Source: an uncultured Bdellovibrio sp. (GTDB lineage: Bacteria > Bdellovibrionota > Bdellovibrionia > Bdellovibrionales > Bdellovibrionaceae). From it: a DNA stretch of 64,000 nucleotides. Of this stretch, positions 39,201 to 47,820 are shown piece by piece (the stretch's first letter is position 1; the number at the start of each line of letters is the position of its first letter). The notes beneath the pieces were generated by a model. That model saw nothing but the letters and a program-made list of their open reading frames with translations, ran no database searches and was not told the DNA's origin. The stretch covers positions 1 through 64,000 of the forward strand of contig CAWVRN010000019.1 in the NCBI GenBank assembly GCA_963932905.1. The letters run 5' to 3'. Position numbers and translations under genes: made by a program.

Positions 39201-39797
39201 AAACCTGTTATTCAACGTGAATACAAAGGCGCGCAAAAATTCGGAGTTAACTTAGCCGATCTTAGTGAAAAGGGTAGGGCTGTTTACGATATGACTCAGA
39301 ATCATATCGAAAGCAAACCAGATTTTACTCCTTACTTGGTATACACAGCGGGAGCTAACAAGCATCAAGGTATCTTGGCGGGCTTAACGAGCTCAAATAA
39401 GAAACTATACGCTCAGTCTGTAAAAGCACTTACAGGCTTGAAATACGATCTGCAAACATTGAAATCGGAACAAGATGTGGCCGGCTTTAAACAGCTTATC
39501 GAAGACGTATTCAATGGTGCTATTAAAGCGATTGAAACTAGAACAGGCGAAGTCAACGCCGACATACGTAAAGAATTAATAAACTCATTGGCCGCGTTCC
39601 TAAAAGAGCATGGTCAGCGTGACGAACGTGTTGCTGGCTGGGTAGCTGAACTTTGGGAAGGCGTTATTCCCGTGAAAGGCGCGGATCAACAACCTGTACC
39701 TGTAGTTGGCAAAGATGTGGTACGTAAAGCCAAAATAGAAGCGGCTGCCATGAAGAAAATTATTGGTGCTCCAGTTGCAGAAGAGCCGGCATCCTAA
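36273..39797 (+). CDS. Large lipoprotein with a degenerate Fic-like region and a putative R-S-E ADP-ribosyltransferase region
   Basis: Lipobox LVSC; AADLHLKLAALKPMNKLNDLTVQMVVNRALIQMGLDP; VYVQR / GISTT / IIYVLRIP / AQFE. Confidence 0.6.
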   Translation: MKKHFSLLLVPIYLVSCVSNPVAQSPRETPTVNLITNNDNIEFEFLRLSDCAEKNANRSPSAQTKCLNFYEVNAVAPTKKEVDVISEIAGKTRVIEQFGQTENLGLWAMYFGSGRVRDMIKGDSATSIHPVEFISEKQIKSISAAWRTLRDIPDNKFTLSQELVLDVNRLLMGDVETSVIQDLNSRITDETQKATGLKRMAANISNYFKSAPGFRTKGKREEFEQVKDADFAIYKANAEAVGGRVIEAADSVADARVFTVEAPKGQAAQIALGRVLEETNRKIENADSASYAEKVAIAADLHLKLAALKPMNKLNDLTVQMVVNRALIQMGLDPAVQVPVDLSMSREKVAELYRDGIVDYLSYTQRTFDIKLNKEGVVEIANEAVAITGRGAGLRVKVYGRYAHKYPKAVALMRDKDRVTPLDGRMLQLGKNRRTFVLKDDGFLYDGIIPHTVREENGQLKLYPISDMAYRLLGLNGQLTGEDSVRREITIEHQAQLKQNLAAIERLLQNKVKPEDFEIVYDKNTLQANKTGGLYLYEWQITSLERAAKIKEDPKENPYAVLIPSRGDPFNSRMAGRSSFEQNYFKGSRGTKIGDLIGQYEQRDLDYNQLAREVKRNTSIPEARKAKILKDIMDSRRKLHLAAREILRPLMTKYLELSSVEKDNLRDNATFYQLEDYLRNFSKLWFESLDQAIAKFGDDHVYVQRVQTAGLTNFLGFRSQTELGNHPLAVVLTLNGMLVPQLREIYAAMKSPQEVDSVTEDGTVSKIVAQKIAAIAKGNKKIEAILASIVLRIYSTRAADIQSMQEFESVFMTHYLHAVNRGMKEGISTTADPTYLAMVKTYEQYSSLKIDDSLVAFFKEFKKDSKEPAVEAKQWIEVLAKKEKEKKLPLDYYELGWIGAFSKEFNIPMGQLVEFAKKNKSNNDKFTSQSDAIIYVLRIPVEEIDSNYASGYAAQFENTTRRGYGVIRSKWGVFPRKPVIQREYKGAQKFGVNLADLSEKGRAVYDMTQNHIESKPDFTPYLVYTAGANKHQGILAGLTSSNKKLYAQSVKALTGLKYDLQTLKSEQDVAGFKQLIEDVFNGAIKAIETRTGEVNADIRKELINSLAAFLKEHGQRDERVAGWVAELWEGVIPVKGADQQPVPVVGKDVVRKAKIEAAAMKKIIGAPVAEEPAS

Positions 39798-40108
39798 GAA
39801 AAGAATTTCTGAAGGTCCGCTAAGCTGAGGACCTTATCAAATGATAGCGCTATGCGCTTTTTGCGGGCTAAATGCCCGCTTATTATTTCTACCTGATTTT
39901 TTCTTAAAGAAAAAAACTTAGCGATATAGCGAACGATCTCGTCATTAGCTTTGCCATCTTCAGGCGGTGCATTTACTTTTATTTTAATTTGATCGTCGTG
40001 GATTTTTTCGAACTCTGTCTTGCGGGCGTTAGGCTGGACATAGATCGCAAGTGTTGCGACCTTGTCCTTGATTTGAATTCCGTTTTTTAATTGAGCAAGA
40101 TCAATCAC
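39794..40108 (-). CDS. yggU: DUF167/YggU family protein
   Basis: YVQPNARK, APPEDGKAN, IISGHLARKK. Confidence 0.88.
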   Translation of the reverse strand: MIDLAQLKNGIQIKDKVATLAIYVQPNARKTEFEKIHDDQIKIKVNAPPEDGKANDEIVRYIAKFFSLRKNQVEIISGHLARKKRIALSFDKVLSLADLQKFFS

Positions 40109-40111
40109 TTT

Positions 40112-40603
40112 TTATAGAGATTGATTTTTTTCGTGAGCAAAATGAACAGACGGCATAAATTTTTCGCCTTGTTCAAGTATTGAAAGGTGAGCTTGTACCA
40201 AAGCTTTCAAGTTAGCTTCAAATTGTAACCGAGTTCGTTTTAAATCATTCACTTCTTGATAAGATTTGCGAAGTGAATCTTTAGAATCACGTAAAATCAT
40301 TTCGGCCTTTTGCTGAGCATCTGTGATGATCAATTTAGCTTCACGTTCTGCATCTATTTTCAGTTTGTCCGACATTTGTGATGCTGCCGACATAGTTTCG
40401 CGAAGCATTTTGTCTTTTTCTTTGTATTCTAAAAGGGAAAGCTCTTTTTCACGCAGAAGTTCTTTTAAATGATTGCGTTCATAAATCAAGGCTTCTAGTT
40501 GCGCCGAGATTTGTTGCATAAATTCAGAAACTTCCTGAGGGTCACAACCCATAATTTTCTTTGAAAACGTTTTGTGTGCAATATCGATGGGCGTAACTTT
40601 CAC
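40112..40603 (-). CDS. divIVA: DivIVA domain protein
   Basis: TPIDIAHKTFSKKIMGCDPQEVSEFM plus coiled coil; GGAGG RBS. Confidence 0.9.
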   Translation of the reverse strand: MKVTPIDIAHKTFSKKIMGCDPQEVSEFMQQISAQLEALIYERNHLKELLREKELSLLEYKEKDKMLRETMSAASQMSDKLKIDAEREAKLIITDAQQKAEMILRDSKDSLRKSYQEVNDLKRTRLQFEANLKALVQAHLSILEQGEKFMPSVHFAHEKNQSL

Positions 40604-40711
40604 GAGACCTCCTTGTCTACTGGTTCAGTATACCAAACCGTGGTCGGGATTTAAATATTTGGTTTCACAGCCGAGCTTTGGTCGGGTCTAGGAGGGTAGG
40701 GGGCACTCCCG

Positions 40712-40949
40712 TTTTTTGATAGTGTTGGATTCTCTTCTTTCTTACGCGCAAATCAAGCTCGGTCTTCCTTTTGAGGGATATTCTTTTAAAGACATGAAAA
40801 AAATGAGTTCCACAGACAGGCGTTCAGCGCCGGCGAGGACTGCCGAGGCTTTTTTTATGTCTTTAAAAGAATATCCCTCAAAAGGAAGACCCCTCGCATT
40901 ACCCAAGGCCTAAGCTTAAGAAAGAAGAGAATCCAACACCATCAAAAAA
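40712..40949. repeat. Nested long inverted-repeat element (~238 nt; MITE/REP-like)
   Basis: Outer arms 40712-40744 / 40917-40949 (33 bp, one mismatch); inner arms 40761-40795 / 40857-40891 (35 bp perfect) extended by A7/T7. Confidence 0.9.
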
Positions 40950-41288
40950 TACCCACGTCGGGGGCGCCTAGCCGCAGCCGTTTCCTTCTTCATTCGTCGA
41001 TGTTCATCAAAAACCCGGGGGATACCCCGATGCCGGTTTGCCGGTTGCCTAGATGCGGCCCTGTTAAGGAAGTGTAAAACCTAGAGTTTGTAAATTTCGG
41101 TTGGAGGATAATTTTTTCAATTCGAAGCTGCCAACTAATCTATTGCTTATGGTGCGATTCATTTGCCTGTTCCACTTCGCAACCACGGATGATTAATTTC
41201 ATTTCAAAATAACAGGGATTTACTTTTAAAGTGAGCGGCTTTAGTCAAGCTGAGTCTTTAAAACATAAATTAAACAATGGAGTTTAAA

Positions 41289-41660
41289 ATGAAATCAGTA
41301 GTAGCTTTGTTTCTTTTCGCAGCGTCGTTGGCATCAGCAACATCAATGAAGCCTTATGACAAATGGGCTTGTAACTTTGAATATCCTCGCAATCAGATGA
41401 TTCGTGGAGTAAAAGTAAATGTTGATTTTGATTTGATTAAAAATCAAGGTTCAGCAATCGCAATCGCTCAATGTATTAATTGTCGTATTATGCCTCTTCA
41501 AGTCAGTGTTACTCGTCGCGTAGCAAATAACACTGTGTTTTTCACAAATGCTAAAAACAGTTTTGATTTAAGAATTTTCTGGTCACCAATCGCACGTCCG
41601 CATACGCCTTTAGCCGCTTTTTACAACGGTATTGCTGGAACTTGTACGGCCGTTAACTAA
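41289..41660 (+). CDS. Small secreted hypothetical protein with four Cys
   Basis: MKSVVALFLFAASLASA signal peptide; GGAG RBS before ATG 41289; CINC. Confidence 0.7.
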   Translation: MKSVVALFLFAASLASATSMKPYDKWACNFEYPRNQMIRGVKVNVDFDLIKNQGSAIAIAQCINCRIMPLQVSVTRRVANNTVFFTNAKNSFDLRIFWSPIARPHTPLAAFYNGIAGTCTAVN

Positions 41661-41678
41661 TTTAATTGTCTATCTTTT

Positions 41679-41709
41679 GCATCCATACGGAACGGATTTG
41701 TATGGATGC
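41679..41709. terminator. Hairpin between convergent genes (possibly bidirectional terminator)
   Basis: GCATCCATAC ... GTATGGATGC perfect 10-bp stem. Confidence 0.6.
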
Positions 41710-41725
41710 GACGGAAAAATTGAAC

Positions 41726-42553
41726 TTATTTTAAAAGTTTCGCCATTTCTTGATTGCGTAGTCCTGCTTTTTCAAAGGCGACTCGTAGTGAGCGTTCGAT
41801 TTCGGAATCGCGCATCGATTGTAAGCCGGCTTCGGTAACACCTTTTTTAGATGCCACTCTGGCTTGCAATTCATCTAAATTTAAATTCGCGCTGTTTTTC
41901 GCTAGTAGTGAAGCCCCTAAGAATGTTTCTAGCGTTAGATTTTTAGCAACGTCTTCATCAAATCCATATTCAATCATCCAATCTTGCCAGTAGATCATCA
42001 TTTCATAGACGAAGCCAACTCCACTAGAGCAGGCGATCATGAAGGATTCAAACTGATCTTCATCTTTTACTTTTGTCGTTTGGCCAAGTGGCTTAAACAA
42101 ATCTTCAACTAATGTATCCAAATACGAATCAGCTTGATCAGTGAAATAGCCAACCAAGCCCTGTCCAATCAGTGTGGGAGTATTCGGCATCAAACGAATC
42201 CAGCGCAGCAGTGGCAAATGTTTTTTCAGGGTATTTAGTTTAACACCAGCCGCGAGGCTAATGACGATTTGTTTTTCAGAAAAAATTCCGCCCAAGGGGT
42301 CGATCGCAGCAAGCAGATCTTGGGGTTTCATGGACAACACAACCACTTGGGTGCTTTCGACAAGCTCTTCATTGCTTTTCGCAATATTTACCCCGTACTG
42401 GTCGTGCAGTTTTAGCGGTTTGCCCGGAGAACGGTTACTGACAAAAATTTTCTGTGCGGGAATCACTTTGTTATCGATAAGACCTTTGATGATCGCTTGA
42501 GCCATATTTCCACAGCCCATGAAACCAATTGAGTTTATGCCAGAGAAAACCAT
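41726..42553 (-). CDS. proC: Pyrroline-5-carboxylate reductase
   Basis: GCGNMA, MKPQ, ISLAAG, RLMPNTP, VASKKGVT. Confidence 0.92.
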   Translation of the reverse strand: MVFSGINSIGFMGCGNMAQAIIKGLIDNKVIPAQKIFVSNRSPGKPLKLHDQYGVNIAKSNEELVESTQVVVLSMKPQDLLAAIDPLGGIFSEKQIVISLAAGVKLNTLKKHLPLLRWIRLMPNTPTLIGQGLVGYFTDQADSYLDTLVEDLFKPLGQTTKVKDEDQFESFMIACSSGVGFVYEMMIYWQDWMIEYGFDEDVAKNLTLETFLGASLLAKNSANLNLDELQARVASKKGVTEAGLQSMRDSEIERSLRVAFEKAGLRNQEMAKLLK

Positions 42554-43231
42554 TTAAACCCTTTCACCAAACAATATGGTGCCTACGCGAATTACCGTTG
42601 CGCCTTCTTGAAGAGCGATTGGGTAATCCTGACTTGTTCCCATGGATAGACTATCCAATGGGTGACGGCTTGTATCCGTTTTTTTTCGAAGTTCCTGTTG
42701 TAGCTGATATAAATCTCTAAAATGGCCTCGCGTCAGAGATTCATCATCGCTAGGGGGAGGCAGGGCCATCAGTCCAACAATTTCTAATCCATCAATTGAA
42801 ACTAATTGTGACCAATGTTTCAGCAATTCGGGTTTTGAAAAACCAGTTTTAGAATTTTCATTTGCTAAGTTTATTTCGATAAATATTTTTTGCTGTACGC
42901 CTGCAGTTTTTGATTTTTGCCCTATGAGTTCAGCGATTTTCAAAGAATCTACAGAATGAATGTAGGCAAATTTGCCAATGATTGAATTCACTTTTTTTGA
43001 CTGCAAATGCCCAATTAAATGCCATTCCAAATTTTTTGGAAGTGCTTCGATTTTTTCTAATGCTTCTTGCACATAATTTTCACCAAATGCCAACTGCTGC
43101 TGATTAGCAAGATCGATAATTTTTTCAATTGGCTGCCGTTTAGAAACAGCGAGTAGTTTTACTTTTTCAGGGTGTGGACTAAATTTTTTTATTTCAGATT
43201 GAATCTGAGCCACAGTTTTTGTTTCGCTCAT
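42554..43231 (-). CDS. yggS: PLP homeostasis protein YggS
   Basis: LLAVSK, FGENYVQE, WHLIGHLQ, LSMGTSQD, IRVGTILFG. Confidence 0.95.
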   Translation of the reverse strand: MSETKTVAQIQSEIKKFSPHPEKVKLLAVSKRQPIEKIIDLANQQQLAFGENYVQEALEKIEALPKNLEWHLIGHLQSKKVNSIIGKFAYIHSVDSLKIAELIGQKSKTAGVQQKIFIEINLANENSKTGFSKPELLKHWSQLVSIDGLEIVGLMALPPPSDDESLTRGHFRDLYQLQQELRKKTDTSRHPLDSLSMGTSQDYPIALQEGATVIRVGTILFGERV

Positions 43232-43233
43232 AA

Positions 43234-43830
43234 TTATTTGCCCGCTACAAAATTAAATTCATTTTTCAAAATGGGAGCGATGGTTTCGATAGGAAAACCA
43301 ATAATATTATTCATCGAGCCACGGTGATAGGCCACTAACCTCTGACCAAGGCCTTGAATTCCATAGGCACCAGCCTTGTCCATACCTTCGTCGGTATTCA
43401 CATAGTCATTAATTTCGCTGTCTGTTAACAACCGAAATTGCACAAGTGACGACTCAAGATGAGACACTTCCTTTAAGGATTTCAAATTTTTAATGATGAC
43501 CGCTGTTTTTACAAAGTGAGCATTTCCAGACAAACGTCTAATTATTTCTCGTGAATGCTCTCTATTTTGAGGCTTACCGAGGTGATGCCCCTCGAACAGT
43601 ACCTCGGTATCAGATACGATGACGGTAGAATCCTCTTTGGACAGGCCTTTTAGCCACATTTCCGCCGCCTCTAACTTTTGTCGTGTTATACTTAAAATCT
43701 GGGTGTCCGGGTGTAATTTTTCGTCAATTAATTCCGATGTAGAAATAGGTATGGAAGTAAATGAAAAGCCTGCTTTTTCAAGTAATTGGATTCGTCGGGG
43801 AGATTGAGATGCTAATACTAATTCGCTCAT
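43234..43830 (-). CDS. maf: Maf family nucleoside triphosphate pyrophosphatase
   Basis: LASQSPRR, SDT, LGKP, DKAGAYGIQG, NIIGFP. Confidence 0.93.
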   Translation of the reverse strand: MSELVLASQSPRRIQLLEKAGFSFTSIPISTSELIDEKLHPDTQILSITRQKLEAAEMWLKGLSKEDSTVIVSDTEVLFEGHHLGKPQNREHSREIIRRLSGNAHFVKTAVIIKNLKSLKEVSHLESSLVQFRLLTDSEINDYVNTDEGMDKAGAYGIQGLGQRLVAYHRGSMNNIIGFPIETIAPILKNEFNFVAGK

Positions 43831-43860
43831 CCAATTTCACTCAAACACGAAAGGGATAAA

Positions 43861-44766
43861 ATGGGAAGTGATAACATATTGCTTTTTTTGGCTGTCTTTC
43901 TGGGCGGAATCTCTGTGTATTTTTTTGTTGCTGCATTCATTCAAAGCAACAAAGACAAGCAGCAATTAAGCTGGGCGAATAATGACGAGCCTATTAAATC
44001 AAAAAACCCAATTATCAATATGTCTCGGCCACTTGTGCATCAATTCACGTTGCAACATGCATTGAAAGTTAAAAGCGCAAGCTATCGCAAAAAAGTTTCT
44101 AAATACATCATGGTTGGCGGTTTGTCAGCAGAGCTGAACGAAGACGAATTCATCGGGTTGCAAATCTTGTGGGGAGTAATGTTCCCAGCGTTTATCTCGT
44201 TGATGGATTTTGCATTGCAATTGGAATTTCCATTTATTTTTATCTTGGCGTTAATTCCATTTGGATTCTATTTGCCGATCATGCACGCCATGGGCGAGAA
44301 AGCAAAACGCGAAGCCAGCGTTCGTGCCGATCTTCCTTTCTTCATCGACTTGTTAGCATTGTCGGTGGAAGCTGGCCTTGAGTTTTTCTCGGCGGTACAA
44401 AAACTTATCGATAAATCAAAAGGTACGGATAGCGTATTAGCCGCCGAGCTTGCAATCGTGATTCACGAAACCCAAATGGGTTCATCACGGGAAGAAGCCT
44501 TAAGAAAAATGGTCGCACGACTCGACATGAGTGAAATCACGTCGTTTGTTGCCGTGATTCTTGATGCACAAGCATCGGGTGCGCCAATTTCCAGAGTCTT
44601 GAAAGAACAATCCGAACAAATCAGGTTAGAACGATTTGTGCGGGCAGAAAAAGCCGGTGAAAAAGCAACACAAACTATCATGATTCCAATCATGGTGTGT
44701 ATTGTACCAGCTGTTTTCATTATGGTCTTGGGACCAGTGGCGTTAGGTATGATGTACGGTGGGTAA
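43861..44766 (+). CDS. tadC: TadC-like type II secretion system F-domain membrane protein
   Basis: DLPFFIDLLALSVEAGL, GSSREEAL, G-x-PI...EQIRLERFVRAEKAG, C-terminal TM. Confidence 0.85.
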   Translation: MGSDNILLFLAVFLGGISVYFFVAAFIQSNKDKQQLSWANNDEPIKSKNPIINMSRPLVHQFTLQHALKVKSASYRKKVSKYIMVGGLSAELNEDEFIGLQILWGVMFPAFISLMDFALQLEFPFIFILALIPFGFYLPIMHAMGEKAKREASVRADLPFFIDLLALSVEAGLEFFSAVQKLIDKSKGTDSVLAAELAIVIHETQMGSSREEALRKMVARLDMSEITSFVAVILDAQASGAPISRVLKEQSEQIRLERFVRAEKAGEKATQTIMIPIMVCIVPAVFIMVLGPVALGMMYGG

Positions 44767-45114
44767 ATGAAGAAACTATGGAATAAAACTCAGAACGAAT
44801 TACTTGTTGGCCAACTCGAGGTGGCAACTGCTTTTGTTGATCGTGGTGTTGGATTGTTAAAACGTACAAGTTTGAATGACCAAGAAGGTTTATGGATTAA
44901 TCCATGTAACAGCATTCACACATTTTTTATGAAGTTTCCTATTGATTGTATTTTTATAACCAAGGATTTGGTCGTGGATGATTTAGTTGAAAATGTAGCG
45001 CCGTGGAAAGTGGTTTTCCCAAGATGGAAATCACGTTCCGTGATCGAGCTACCATCTGGATTTATTCGTAAATCAAAAGTAAAGAAAGGAGATCAGCTCG
45101 ATGTGGTCTCTTAG
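44767..45114 (+). CDS. DUF192 family protein
   Basis: RGVGLL, SIHTFFMKFPID, VIELPSG, GD. Confidence 0.88.
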   Translation: MKKLWNKTQNELLVGQLEVATAFVDRGVGLLKRTSLNDQEGLWINPCNSIHTFFMKFPIDCIFITKDLVVDDLVENVAPWKVVFPRWKSRSVIELPSGFIRKSKVKKGDQLDVVS

Positions 45115-46732
45115 AGTATTAAATGGTCCTCAAGGGGGCCAAATATTTAATCTTAAAAATGGGAAGAACACAGTGGGGCGCGCCTCTCAGTGTGATATCA
45201 AGATCATGGTTCAGGGTGTGTCTAAGATTCACTGCGAATTGCACGTGACTCAAGAAGGAATCAAAGTTGTTGATAATAATTCCAGCAATGGAACTTATGT
45301 AAATGGAACTAAAATTCAATCTACGGTTTTACGTTTGGGCGATAAATTCAGTATCCATAATGTTTTCCTAGATGTTGTGCCGACACCGCAATTAAAAGCA
45401 AATACTCAGTTAATTCGACAAGGACAGCAACAACAAGTTCCTCAAGGTTTTATCCCACAACCGCATGGTGCTTTGGCTCATCAGCAGCAACCAATGCAAA
45501 TGAATTCTATTTATCAGCAACAAATGCAGCAGGCCCATTTGTCTGTTGCCAAAGAGCCAAGACAAGACAAACCAGCTCAAAAAGATTTTAAAGAAAAGTT
45601 TGAAGAGTATTTAAATAAGGTTGTTTTGCCCGGCGTTTATAAACTGGCTCAGATTTTTGAAATGAAAATGGTTCTTGCTGGTTTCGTCGGTTTATTCATT
45701 TTTGCAGTAACACTTTTTTCTTTGTTCCCGATGATTACGGTCAGTCGCGACAGCATTCAAAGTGAAGCGAGAAAACGTGCCGGATCACTTGCTCGTGCCC
45801 TAGCGGAAACCAATCGTCGCGGTATTTCAGAAAATAACTATGCCTCATTAAGTACGTTTTCAATCGAACGCGAGGATGGAGTTAAAGAAGCTCTTATTAT
45901 AAGCAGAACAGATGGATCGGTGATCGCTCCAGCGGCCAAGTCAGGTAGAACTATGGACATTCCTTTCTTGAATGAAGTTCAACGTTCTAGCCGTGATATT
46001 GTTAGATCGATTGATGGAACTACGATTGGTGCTTCATTCCCAATTGAACGCTATGATATCGACAAACAAGAATCCGTACCGGTGGCGTTTGCTGTTGTCA
46101 TTTATGATATCAGCATTTTAGCTATGGATGACGGGATCATCGTTAGCTTGTTTATGCAGAACTTAATCATCGCCAGTATTTTTGGTGGTATTCTGTTCTT
46201 TTTCTTGTACAAATTAATCGAATTTCCAATTTCAAGTCTAAACAGACAGCTGGATATAGCACTTCGCGAGAAAACTGATGCTATCGAAAATACATTCTTG
46301 TTCCCTCCATTACAGGCTTTGGCCGGTAACGTATCTAGTTTACTAACACGCTATATTAGCGGTGAAGGTCAATCGCAAGGTTCACAAAGCAAAGACTTTG
46401 AAGCCACTATGTTGATTCAGCATTTCCGTGACCCTGCATTTGCAGTGACACCAGAGAAAAAGATTTTGAATCTAAATAGTAATTTTGAATCACTTGCGCA
46501 AAACTCTGTGGAAAACCTTATGTCCCAAGGTATTGATGCTATTGTTGATCAGTCGTTGAAACTAAATATTTACGAATTGATTCAAGAATCAGTTCAGGTC
46601 CCAAATCAAATTCACCAACGTGAATTGGATATGGGCCGCGGTACAATTGTTATACGTTGTCATCCAGTTATGAATGGCGCAAACCCAGATTATTTTTTGT
46701 TCTCGATTGTACCTAAGAAGGAAGATACTTGA
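45101..46732 (+). CDS. FHA-domain membrane protein (FHA, Q-rich linker, two TMs with periplasmic loop, HAMP/PAS-like tail)
   Basis: VGR...SKIH...SSNGTYVNG; two hydrophobic helices. Confidence 0.8.
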   Translation: MWSLRVLNGPQGGQIFNLKNGKNTVGRASQCDIKIMVQGVSKIHCELHVTQEGIKVVDNNSSNGTYVNGTKIQSTVLRLGDKFSIHNVFLDVVPTPQLKANTQLIRQGQQQQVPQGFIPQPHGALAHQQQPMQMNSIYQQQMQQAHLSVAKEPRQDKPAQKDFKEKFEEYLNKVVLPGVYKLAQIFEMKMVLAGFVGLFIFAVTLFSLFPMITVSRDSIQSEARKRAGSLARALAETNRRGISENNYASLSTFSIEREDGVKEALIISRTDGSVIAPAAKSGRTMDIPFLNEVQRSSRDIVRSIDGTTIGASFPIERYDIDKQESVPVAFAVVIYDISILAMDDGIIVSLFMQNLIIASIFGGILFFFLYKLIEFPISSLNRQLDIALREKTDAIENTFLFPPLQALAGNVSSLLTRYISGEGQSQGSQSKDFEATMLIQHFRDPAFAVTPEKKILNLNSNFESLAQNSVENLMSQGIDAIVDQSLKLNIYELIQESVQVPNQIHQRELDMGRGTIVIRCHPVMNGANPDYFLFSIVPKKEDT

Positions 46733-47820
46733 TGAGTGCTGCGGCTAAAGTAAAACTTTTACCTTTCGAATTAGAGGTTGTTTCAGGTCCACACCTGGGG
46801 CAGAAGTTTTCTTTTGTCGATACGGAATCGCTTACTATTGGTCGTGGTCCAGAAAATCAAATCAGTCTTCCCCACGATCCACGCGTAAGTCGCATCCATG
46901 CAGAGATCCGCCAAGAAAACGATGCTATCTACGCCATTAATAGAACAGATAAAAATTCGATGCTGATAAATGGTTTGAAAGAAGATAAATTCAAAATTAC
47001 TCAATCATGTGTGATTTCAATTGGCGAAACGGAATTCAAATTTATTTATCCACAAACGGCTCCGAAACAATTCAAAAATCCGTTACAGCCTTTGTCGACA
47101 ACAGTGCCGGTGGGATTAGTACAGCCGCAGCCGCAAGCTCAAGTTCCTGGACCTTTGATGAGGCAACCGCCTCCAAGTACATTTAGAAATCAAGGACCTG
47201 TGACTCCGAATTCAATGAATTCGGGCGCCCCACCGCAGGCACCAAGACGTCGTAAGGTTCCTAAAAAACAAGAGAGCTTTAATCCGATGTATTTAATTGC
47301 GATCGTGGGAATCGTCGTAGTCGCTATACTTGTATTGCCAAGTAAACCAAGCGAAAACGTAACTCCGGAAAAACCGGTAGAGATTGTTACCCCGGTATTT
47401 CAGGACGATCGTCGTTATCAAGAGTCTGTAGAACGTGCTAAGCAAGCTCTATTGAAAATGGAGAATTTGAACTCCCGTCAAGCGATGGCTCAGCAGTTTT
47501 TTATTAGTGGTATGCGTGAATTTTTAAATGGTAATTACCAAAGATCTATTAGCTTTTTGAACTCGGCTTATCAGAGCGATCCGACACTGGTCGACGCGGA
47601 TAAGTTCGCTCGAGAGGCTCAACGAAAGCTAGACCGTCTGATTGATTTCTACTTTGCAGAAGGGTTAAAATATAGAGAAAATAGTAATTATAGAATGTGT
47701 AAATCGTCGTTTCAAACTGTCCAGCTTTATATTCGAAACAACATGAAGCATCCAAAATACTTGGAGGCTAAGCAGTTTTTTGAAGAATGTACTAACTTAG
47801 ACCGAGTGAGGAGATTCTAA
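46729..47820 (+). CDS. FHA-domain membrane protein with a C-terminal TPR-like region
   Basis: IGR...VSRIHA; Pro/Gln linker; one TM; helical repeat tail. Confidence 0.8.
   Translation: MMSAAAKVKLLPFELEVVSGPHLGQKFSFVDTESLTIGRGPENQISLPHDPRVSRIHAEIRQENDAIYAINRTDKNSMLINGLKEDKFKITQSCVISIGETEFKFIYPQTAPKQFKNPLQPLSTTVPVGLVQPQPQAQVPGPLMRQPPPSTFRNQGPVTPNSMNSGAPPQAPRRRKVPKKQESFNPMYLIAIVGIVVVAILVLPSKPSENVTPEKPVEIVTPVFQDDRRYQESVERAKQALLKMENLNSRQAMAQQFFISGMREFLNGNYQRSISFLNSAYQSDPTLVDADKFAREAQRKLDRLIDFYFAEGLKYRENSNYRMCKSSFQTVQLYIRNNMKHPKYLEAKQFFEECTNLDRVRRF

Noticed and set aside
40716..40913. 65-aa ORF in the ORF track
   Set aside because: It lies wholly inside the nested palindrome and has a TTG start with no convincing RBS; most likely an artefact of the repeat.
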